Positions 52,711-64,000 of a stretch of DNA of 64,000 nucleotides are shown here, piece by piece. Positions within the stretch are counted from its first letter, which is position 1. Each line of letters opens with the position of its first letter. The notes beneath the pieces are model-generated. The model made no database searches. It saw only the letters and a program-made list of their open reading frames with translations, and had not been told where the DNA came from. The DNA lies in NCBI RefSeq assembly GCF_009914755.1, contig NC_060926.1. One strand, 5' to 3'. Source of the stretch: the human T2T-CHM13v2.0 reference genome, Homo sapiens. Made by a program: the position numbers and the translations under genes.

Positions 52711-53239
52711 GCAAACTTTATTATGTTAAGGACTTGTAATACATTTTCTACCTTTATACAGAGTTAAGCTTGTTAGAATATCATCGGGAAAGAAATTAAA
52801 CATTTTATGAACATCATGGTCAATTCTGGGTAACAACAGAGGTCGTACCTAATGTTTGATAGAGATGGCTATATTATAGGCATAGATTAGGGCCCAGATA
52901 TGTTTGCTAGTGCCCTAAATGACTAATTTTATTTTCTTTTTAAATGATATCCTGCAATAGTAGTCCCATCCCAATAATATTAATCACTTCATATAAACTT
53001 AGATAATAGAGATTTATATCACTTAAAAGATATCTCTCCCTCATTTCTTTTCCCTTGAGGATTTATAGTGTATCAAGATATTGTTCAGGGAATATTGAGG
53101 AACTAGTTTTTACTGCTTATCAGATGAACTTGAACTTGGTATCAACTGACATGTACATTAATTGGGATCCTTAGTCACATCTCACTAATCTGGATCTCTG
53201 ACATCTGCTTCTATGTTTGTCTCATTTAAAACTAGCACC

Positions 53240-54556
53240 TTTTATTTTTAGTAATGGAAAACTGGGTAATTTTGAATATGTAGTACAAATAGGTAAGCTA
53301 GACAAGTATACTAACAAACAAATTGTTAGCTTGAAGTATTAGAAAGTTGGTAGTAGAGAAGTCCTTGACCAAAACCAGAGAGAATAGCAAAACAGATGGT
53401 GGTGAGCCTGGACTCTAGAGATACATTTCCTCTAGGGACATTTTTCAGTTTCCAAATGAGTGATCAATAAGCCAAACAAATATGTGACAGTTTCGTAGGG
53501 GTAACTGAACAAAAGCTGAAGTCTTGAGCTTCTCAATGACAGGAAGGGTCTGATAAACTCTCCACTATTTCATTTGAAACACTAAAGTTCTGCTTCCTAG
53601 GGATTAGGATGATAGAGAAATAGAATAGCCATCACAGGGAATGAATCATCTAACCTTGACATTGAATTACAGTGACCTCAGATTTCTGGTATTCCCAGGA
53701 ACCTGGCAAAAACAAATAAATATTCTGTCTGGAAAGATATACCACCTTTCTAAACCTGAAATTATTTATAAAAGCAATTTTTCATATACAATGTCTGGCA
53801 TGCAATAAAGAATAACTAAACACACAACGCTGTGACACAATATGAATAAAAATCACGAGAAACAATAGAAAATAGAAAAAGACTTTAGAGGATTAAGAAA
53901 TTTTTTATGAGAAGGATTCTAATATAAATATATTTACATGTTCAAGGAGAGAAAAGAAAAGAGGGAATTTCAGTGGAAACCATTTTTAAAAAGAAGGCAG
54001 AATTGAAAAAGTGCAAAAGATATTTAGCACAATACAGTAAGATATGTAAGATACTAAAAAATTTATCAGTAACTAGGTTTCGGTGGGTATGTTTTAAAAT
54101 GGGTTGAGGACAAATGAACATAGAATTAGTGAAATGATACATCTGTAAGAAAAACACATCCAGAATGAAAAACAGAGACAAAAAATGAAAAATACAAAAA
54201 CAGAGAGGAGATGACAAAAGATGCAGTGATAAATTTTAATTTGGTGTAAATAAGTTTCAGAAGAAAAGAAATGAGAATGGAACAGAAGGGATATTTTAAT
54301 AATGACTATGTTTTCAAAAAGAATGCATTAAGCCAGAGATTCAAGGAGCTTTATGAACCCAAATAAGAAAAGTACAAAGAAATCTACTTTTGAACCCTTT
54401 AGAACTAAACTGCAGAAAATTCAAGGAAAGATAAAATATGTGAAATTTAGTGAGAGAATTGAGAGATTACACTAAAGTGAAGCAAAATTAGACTGATTTT
54501 TGACTTCTTGATAGAAACATGTAAAAAAGCCAAAAACCAAGCAAACACACACACAT

Positions 54557-54590
<34 letters not shown>

Positions 54591-55310
54591 GCACACACAC
54601 ACACATACACACACACACACTGGGGTGTTACCTTTGAATTTCTTAAAGAAAATTCAACCTAGATGTTATACTTAGACAAAAAGATGCATCAATAATGATG
54701 ATGTAATCAAGACATTTTCAGATCAAAACAAAACATAACACAAGAATTTATCATCACTAAGTTCACACTAAATAAGATGTCCTTATCACAAAAGGAAAGT
54801 CAAAGGTTTGGCAGGTTATAAAGCTTCATGAGACTGGTAACTATGTGATTAAATTAGACTGAATATTAATTGTATTATAGACTAGTAATAGCATATGATA
54901 GCATGTAAAATATACATATAGATTTAAGACACGTAGCTACAAATCTCTAAGACAAATAAGGTAAACGTAGTTAAAATATTGTAAGCTTTTTGCTATATAA
55001 CATTAGAATTGATCATTTAAAGAAGCATTTTGTAATCTCAGAGTAACCACTAAAAGAACAGTATGTATATGCATAAATATATATACGTACGCATGTGCAT
55101 AAGATATGTGTGCATGTACACACACATATTTATATGTATATATATCTTCTGAACTAACAAAGGTGATATAGGGAATAATAAAATTTCTCAGCCAATCAAA
55201 TATAATCTAAGGGAGAGGGGAAAGGGAAACTTAGATCAAATAGTACAAATAGAAAACCTATGGTAGGAGGTAGCTATAAAACCATAGCTTTGGAAGTAAG
55301 TATAAAAAAT
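53240..55310 (+). mobile_element. ancient L1ME-type 5' UTR/ORF1
   Basis: aagccagagattcaaggagct...acaaagaaatctac...aaactgcagaaaa; tcaacctagatgttatac; tgtaatctcagagtaaccactaaaagaa. Confidence 0.6.
54545..54620. repeat. (CA)n(CT)n(CA)n microsatellite
   Basis: Directly visible. Confidence 0.95.
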
Positions 55311-55669
55311 TTCTATATCCAACTGGTACAAACAATAAAGACTTATCCTCAGGGCCAAAACAAAAATCTGTTCCTAAATTCCATGCAGTGGTTCTCCTTC
55401 AAAATTCTCATGGCTGAAATAAGGTAATCAATAACAGATCAGATTTGGTCGAAGTGCTGAAATTCAGCCAGTCACTTACCTCTATACTTACTCAAAGTCT
55501 TATATAAGATTAAGTCCTTGCTTTGTTCAGAGCTCTGGTTCCTGCAAGCAGACTTCTTTAAATAGTGGATAATGCATTATATTCACTCTTGTTTCATATA
55601 TATTTCAAGGGTAGTCTCTTCCCTTGACAAAATACTGAATATTTTAAGCATTTCAGTTCTCTTAAATTA

Positions 55670-55945
55670 ATATAATAAATGATACTGGAACAGTTAGAAA
55701 CCTATGTGAAAAAGATTAAATTAGACTACTATCTTGTACCATTCAAAAAAGTAAATTTCAGTTACATTGTAGATCTTAATATGCAAAGGAAAACAACAGT
55801 ACTTCCAGAAAAATAATACAGAAAATGCCCTAGGGCCTTGGATTAGAAAATGATTTTTTAAATAAAGTTCAAAAAGAACTAACCGTAACAGAAAATATCA
55901 ATAAATTTGACTATTAAAACTAATATCTACTATTCACCAAAATGA
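55670..55945 (+). mobile_element. L1M ORF2 fragment
   Basis: ataaatgatactggaacagttag...ttagactactatcttgtacc...aaatttcag. Confidence 0.6.
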
Positions 55946-56894
55946 AAACAGGTCACTTCTCAAAGTCCATATGGCATATTTTGTACCGCTCAGTCATATA
56001 AACAAACCTGTGTTTGTTTCCTGCCTTCTGTACCACACTACATCATGTGGGACCTCTGTGAGCCTACTTTATTCTTTGGGGTGGGATTTTTCAAAAATAT
56101 ATGCCACCCACCAGGACTTCCTCTGGAAAATTAAAGTCATAAGCATCTTACATTTCAGGATACATAACCTTATTTCTAGGGTATATAGTTTTCCTTTCCA
56201 TCCTCACCCTAATGCTCGCCCATGGTTGGGACAGGGAGAAAGCTCCCTTTTTGTTCCAATCATCGGAGTTTATATTGGATTCACTCTAAACCTCTTCCTT
56301 TCTCTCTCTCCTCCCTTCTCCCTTATCTCACCAGAGGCTCTAATTCCTATGGGGTTGGAGATATTTGCTCTTATATCATCCTGCATACACCCAGATGATT
56401 TGAAAAGATATCATTATTATGACATGTCTCAGTTCTTCAGGGCCACAGAGTTCTGGCACATGAGAACCAGGATCCCAAGACTAAAATAGTCTTTTCTCTA
56501 ATTGATTTCTGCTACGATGAGTTTCAACTGTTACATATTAAACATAAACATTAAAATGAACTTCTAATATCTTACTACATTTTTCTTTCCATGGGATATA
56601 ACCCTTGGACATACTGCTGCTTCCTATATAGATAAAATGTTTATGGGTTAATGAGAATTACATGAAAAGGAAAATTTATCAGATAATCTATCAAATATTA
56701 TCCCATTAAACATATTTAAACTTACATATGCTACTACTCATAACCTTCCAATGGCTAGCATTGAGCTTCATTATTTAAGAATATGGAAGAGTTAAAAAAA
56801 TGGATTGATCACATTGGATGAAAGGGCTTGAAAAGATGTTAAAGATATAAGATCACACACTCTGGAAAATAACATTGAGGTTTTTTTTTTCAAA

Positions 56895-57560
56895 TCTTTA
56901 TTAATTTATTCAACAGCTATTTATCAGGCACCTAGTATGTGTCTGGTGTTGTAAACAGTCAAAAGTGACACTTTACAGAGCTTATATCCTTATAGTGAGA
57001 GACAAAAATAGCAAAAAAAAAAAAAAAAAACAACCTCTAAAGCAATTATATAATAAACAATCAGACATAACACCAAGATAAGAATGATAGTGGGCCTCAT
57101 TTTTACAGAGTAGTCTGAAGAGGCCTCTTTCTTGTGATGACATTTGAGCAAATAACTAAATGAAGAGGAGAGTAAGCACTAGAGATACCTATGGGTTGAC
57201 TTTTCCATGTATAAAAGAGTATCGTGGTGTGTTTGAGTTCCATGATGCACAGCAGTGCCTCCAAAGATTTGCAAAGGAAGAAGAGAGTGCTAGACAGGCC
57301 AGATTATACAGGCCATCTGTGGTCTTTGGATTTATTCTAAGTGTGATTGAGAAGGAGGGGTCATTGTGAGATTTTGTGCAGGAGAGTATCACGATGTGAT
57401 TTACATTTTAAAGGATTCATTTTGAGAATAAACCATGGGAAGTAAGTATTGAAGAAGACATTGCAGAAGTCCAAATGTGAGTTCGTGGTGGTTAGGATCG
57501 GAGAGATACTGACACACACTCGAGAAGATTCTGTATACATTTCAACTCTCTGCAAAGGGC
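56895..57560 (-). mobile_element. L2a
   Basis: atttattcaacagctatttatcaggcacctagtatgtg...gacatttgagca...tttggatttattctaagtgtgattg. Confidence 0.75.
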
Positions 57561-58709
57561 TAATATATATAGTATTTTGATCAAGTGTTTGCATCATATT
57601 TAGAATATAGAGAATAAATTAAAGGAAGTTTAGTAAATTCTTATTAAATCCTGTAGTTACGGGAGTTCTAAAAAACATTAGTTTAGTGGCTTCAGATTAT
57701 TTATTTTGTTTAGTAGTGTACAATAGGCCATTTCCTCAGATATGAAATAGCAATTTTTTATTCAAAAATATTTCAAGGGTATATTTCCAGTATAGTGTTT
57801 GCTTTGAATCATGCTCTATTCCAAATACATCCATATAAGAGGTTTCACTGCATTAAAACTTTTTTTGTTAAAAAAAATTTGTGAAAATACCAGGTTTCTG
57901 ACTTCCTGAACTCCAGAAATGGTCTAGCTCCAGAATAAATTAATGTTCCTCTTTCTTTTCAGCTAGAAAATTCTCCCCACAAGATGTTTTCCTAGAGCTA
58001 CTCTTTTTGGTGTAACAAAATGACCAGGTGTCTTTCTTCATGCAATCTGGCGTCTTTCCCCACCCTCATCATTGGTGCAGACACTCTTGGAGTTACACAC
58101 TAGTTTAAAATGAACATTGGATGAGTCTATACTAGTTTTCAAAGCCTGGCAGGAGAATCACCATCTAGGTTGTAATTAAATTTCAATGAATTGTTGCAGT
58201 GAGAAATTATTTAAACAAACCTGGAAACAGTATTTAAATCTTCCCTTTCAAATGGTGAAATTATATACAAAACTATTAAAATGCAAAATCCTAGGATTAA
58301 CCTCTAACTTTGAGATTAGCTTGGTTTTTGTGTCTCAAATCAGCATTTCATTTCCAAATCCAGAAGAGTTTTTAAAAAATGATTTTTAAATGGCATCCTC
58401 TGAGTTCATTATGAAATCTTATTCTAATCCTGTAATAGTATTAATTAAGTCATGGGGAATTTGGCTCTCAGGATTGAAAAATAAATTACTGACAATTTTC
58501 TTTTAAAAAAAGATTGATAGGTGGGGATCTATGAAACCCAGGCATACCTAACTTCGAGTACAGGGGTAAACACTGTAAAACATTTTTTTTTTTTAAATCT
58601 GAAATGTAGAAGTTGAACAACATCAATAACGTGTCCTGCCTGAATTCACAGGGGAAGCTTCACAGTGATATGAAAATACATCAAATAGCCTTCTTTGGCT
58701 TTAATCATT

Positions 58710-60260
<1,551 letters not shown>

Positions 60261-60589
60261 CCAAATGGAGGATTAATTGTCCCTGAATTTACGTGGACTT
60301 AGCCCTCAGTCTATACAATTTCCTTCCTAATCTTCAGCATAAATCCATACCGCATACTGTTTCTGTAAAATACTTGTCTTCTCTGTTTCATCCATTATTA
60401 TGATTCACATCTTATTTGGCCAAATTTAATTCTTAAGCAACTCTTTTCAGAATAACATGATTGGTATTATACCTTCTGAGCCTTTAATGACCAATATAGG
60501 TTTTTTTTTCCCTCAGAGATGAAGAATAGGTTAAATATGCCAGAATTTCCTAAATACTCCACTGACTCTCCAATGAGATTTTAACATAT

Positions 60590-61005
60590 TTTAAAGTAGA
60601 AGGGGCACTGTTGTCCAATAAATTTGGGAAAGTGTGTTAACAGAATTAAAACTCTTTTTGATGTGTGCGTTTACGTTTGAATTTATTGCAGGGTTTCTCA
60701 GAGCTCTTAATAAAACGTGGTGTTTTATGTTTTTCTAGGAAATAAATGTAATATATATTACATTTATAAGTACGCATAAAGTAGGCATAAGATAGGGACT
60801 CCCCTCCACTTCAGACTGGGCAAATAGGAAGACCCCAAGTGTATATACGGAAGTATATATACATATATATATATGTACATATATTATATGTATATTATAG
60901 ATTCTATTATATATGTAATGTACTTGTCCATAGATTTGTTTTTAATAAGTAACACATGTCAATATCTCATACAACAATAACTGGAATGGTTTGGAAAATT
61001 ATCGT
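60590..61005. mobile_element. possible MER112-like hAT fossil containing a (TA)n tract (~60840-60920)
   Basis: aataaatttgggaaagtgtgttaacagaattaaa...ttattgcagggtttctcagagctcttaata. Confidence 0.4.
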
Positions 61006-61174
61006 TGCAATTATTGGGGTGTAAAATTTGAGATGCTCTGTTCATTGAGTCTCACGGAGAATCAAATCCTATCAAAATGTAAGGAAAATTTTCCCTGCTT
61101 ACTTTTACCAGTCTGTTAAAGAATTGAGCTCTAGTCTATGTATTGGAGACTTATCCTGTTTCTTTCTGTATAAT

Positions 61175-61575
61175 AGTCATTCATTTATTCATTAATGTTG
61201 AATTAATGCCTACTGTATATCAGGAACTCTTCCAAGCCTTAGGAATACAGAATAAAAGAAGTGAGAAAATAATCTTGTGGAAGTTGGTGGAAGGAAGGGG
61301 GAAGATAGAAAATAAATAAATGAGTAAAATACAAAGTTTTTCATATGGTCAACAAAATATAAAATAAGGGGCATAGGGAATATGGTGTATATGTGTGCGT
61401 GTGCGTGTTTGTGCACATGTGTGTGGTAGGGGTGTAGATTTTGGTATGATTCAGTGTTAAAAATGAGGTGAGAAATGTTTTGCTGAGAAGGTCATATTTT
61501 AACAAGAACCTAAAGGAGATGAAAGAGCAAGTCGTGTGTTTGGGATGAACACTGGCATTCAGGACAGGCAAAAAG
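61175..61575 (-). mobile_element. L2
   Basis: tcattcatttattcatt...tgcctactgtatatcagg; tgctgagaaggtcatatttt...ctaaaggagatga. Confidence 0.65.
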
Positions 61576-61954
61576 AACACTGAGTTAATTTTTCTCTTCA
61601 TGGGTTTGTAAAAGCAGGCCAGCAATTCAAACAACACATATCTCAATGAGAAGATCTTCTATTATTTTAACCTAGGGGACATTTAGGAGATTTGTTACAT
61701 CTGTATATATCAGCTGTAGGAAGGTTCTAGCTGCACAGTAAGTGACTTTACCCTCTCTTAAACATTCCCTTTTCTACGAGAGCTCCACAAATTTTCCAGG
61801 TGCAGCATTTATCCTTAGAGAATTGCCCAGGAGATGATTTGAATTTGTTCTGGAGCTCTGCTGGAAAAGTAATCCACACTCAGCTCTAGGCTCTGACAGG
61901 AACCTCTAATTTCTTCATGTGACTAACTTTTGTATTTTCGAAAAAGCTGCCACT

Positions 61955-62880
61955 CAGCCTACAGAATGGGAGAAAAATTTTGCAATCTACCCATCTGACA
62001 AAGGGCTAATATCCAGAATCTACAAAGAACTTAAACAAATTTACAAGAAAAAATCAACCCCATGAAACAGTGGGCAAAGGATATGAATAGACACTTCTCA
62101 AAAGAAGACATTTATGCAGCCAACAGACACATGAAAAAATGCTCATCATCACTGGTCATCAGAGAAATGCAAATCCGAACCACAGTGAGATACCATCTCA
62201 CACCAGTTAGAAGGGAGATCAATAAAAAGTCAGGAAACAACAGATGCTGGAGAGGATGTGGAGAAATAGGAACACTTTTACACTGTTGGTGGGACTGTAA
62301 ACTAGTTCAACCATTGTGGAAGACAGTGTGGTGATTCCTCAGGGATCTAGAACTAGAAATGCCATTTGACCCAGCCATCCCATTACAGGGTATATACCCA
62401 AAGGATTATAAATCATGCTGCTATAAAGACACATGCACATGTATGTTTATTGTGGCACTATTCACAATAGCAAAGACTTGGAACCAACCCAAATGTCCAT
62501 CAATGATAGACTGGATTAAGAAAATGTGGCACATATACACCACGGAATACTATGCAGCCATAAAAAAGATGAGTACGTGTCCTTTGCAGGGACATGCGTG
62601 AAACTGGAAACCATCATTCTCAGCAAAGCAACACAAGAAGAGAAAACCAAACACCGCATATTGTCGCTCATAAGCGGGAGTTGAATGATGAGAACACATG
62701 GATACAGGGAGGGGAACATCACACACTGGGACCTGTCAGGGGGTGGGGGGCTGGGAGAGGGATAGCGTTAGGAGAAATACCTAATGCAAATGACGAGTTG
62801 ATGGGTGCAGCAAACCCTGTGTAACTAACCTGCACGTTGTGCACATGTACCCTAGAACTTAAAGTATAATTAAAAAAAAA
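61955..62880 (+). mobile_element. L1PA7-like 5'-truncated element (ORF2 C-terminus + 3' UTR + A-tail)
   Basis: [27 protein letters not shown] (CCHC region); G-rich 3' UTR; degenerate TSD aaaaagctgccactc / aaaaagttatcactc. Confidence 0.9.
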
Positions 62881-63122
62881 GTTATCACTCAAAAAGTTAA
62901 CTTTACTGGCACTGTTTAATATGTTAGTGGGGCAAATGCTCCAATGATTGTTTCAAACTGTGGCTAGTGGGAAGGGGTTGCGGTTGGCTGTCACTGGCAC
63001 ACTAGGCTGTGGGGAAATCTAGCACTGTTTGCTCTCTCCTCTTGGAAAGCATGGTTAACATCATGAGCACTGTAAAAGCCAGGGATGGGATGGCACGTGT
63101 CACTCAAGAATTGGAAATTTAA

Positions 63123-63417
63123 GGCTGGGCACAGTGGCTCACACCTGTAATCCCAGCACTTGGGAGGCCGAGGTGGGTGGATCACTTGAGGTCAGGAGTT
63201 TAAGACCAGCCTGGCCAACATGGTTAAATCCCATCTCTACTAAAAATACAAAAAATTAGCCGGGCATGGGGGCATGTACCTGTAATCTCAGTTACTCAGG
63301 AGGCTGAGGCAGAAGAATAGCTTGAACCCAGGAGATGGAGGTTGCAGTGAGCTGAGATAGTGCCCTGCACTCCAGCATGGGTGACAGAGTGAGACGCTGT
63401 CTCAAGAAAAAAAAAAA
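63123..63417 (+). mobile_element. AluSz-type
   Basis: Full Alu; perfect TSD aagaattggaaattta (63106-63121 / 63418-63433). Confidence 0.9.
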
Positions 63418-63486
63418 AAGAATTGGAAATTTAGGAAAATAGAAATTTTATTCTTTATCACCTTCCCATATTTTCATTTGTCATTC

Positions 63487-63676
63487 ATCTCCACATGTTG
63501 TCCCACTGGAAGGTGTTCAGGGGCAGTGGCATGCATGGAGTCATCATCTCCTTTGATAAAAATGCCTTCTTCTGTAATACCTTCTAAAGGACCTGCCTGA
63601 GGCTGTTTTACAGTTAACTCCATTTTTTTATAGCAGAAGAGGTATCTCATAACAATACAAATTACAATATAGTACA
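63487..63676 (-). mobile_element. Tigger3 (Golem) fragment
   Basis: ttgtcccactggaaggtgttcaggggca...aatgccttcttctg...ggacctgcctgaggctgttttacagttaac. Confidence 0.8.
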
Positions 63677-63678
63677 GC

Positions 63679-64000
63679 AGCTATGATTTGTCTGTCCCTA
63701 CCAAATCTCATGTAGGGGGTGGAGTCTAATGAGAAGTGTTTGAGTCATGGGGGCAGATATCTCGTTAGTAGATTAATGCCCTCCCTCAGGGCTGAGTGAG
63801 TTCTTACTCTATTAGCTCCCAGGTAGCTTGTTGTTAAAAGGAGCCTGGCAAATCCCTCTTCTCTCTCTTGCTTCCTCTCTTGCCATGTGATCTCTGCACA
63901 TCTGGGTCCCCTTCACCTCCTCTTATGAGTAGAAGCAGCCTGAGGCCCTCGCCAGAAGTCAGACAGATGCCAGTGCCATGCTTCTTGTACAGCCTGCAGA
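63679..64000 (+). mobile_element. MSTB1-like MaLR LTR (runs off window)
   Basis: gctatgatttg...ccaaatctcatgt...agattaatgccctccc...gccatgtgatctctgcaca...atgcttcttgtacagcctgcaga. Confidence 0.85.

Noticed and set aside
55971-56489. Longest ORF in the track (172 aa)
   Set aside because: No recognisable domain, composition typical of T-rich non-coding DNA, and no supporting gene structure; an ORF of this size is plausible by chance in 64 kb x 6 frames.
62738-62761. G-quadruplex-forming tract
   Set aside because: Standard feature of the L1PA 3' UTR.

Overview
Primate (almost certainly human) AT-rich, non-coding genomic DNA, intergenic or deep intronic. I recognise no protein-coding exon, RNA gene or CpG island. 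The ORF track is explained by Alu, L1 and MaLR remnants or by chance. Roughly half the window is interspersed repeat: 13 Alus, a ~4.9-kb decayed L1PB, older L1P4/L1M pieces, THE1A/THE1B/MST/MER77 LTRs, MER1B/MER2/MER5/MER45/MER63/Tigger3/Charlie DNA-transposon fossils, and many MIR/L2 fragments. Subfamily calls come from recalled consensus sequences, not a RepeatMasker run. The most notable signal is structural, a cluster of DNA-repair and rearrangement scars at ~19.5-34.7 kb. (1) A ~6.5-kb inversion (22870-29340) that, when reversed, rebuilds a MER1B with its TSD, its host L2 and a collinear L1. (2) A junction at 19567-19638 made of two perfect inverted copies of nearby sequence plus a 16-bp fold-back palindrome. 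(3) A complex inverted templated insertion at 32533-32750. Weak candidate non-coding exons and a divergent promoter-like region lie at ~44.5-48.9 kb. I found no evidence of a new gene-encoded system.
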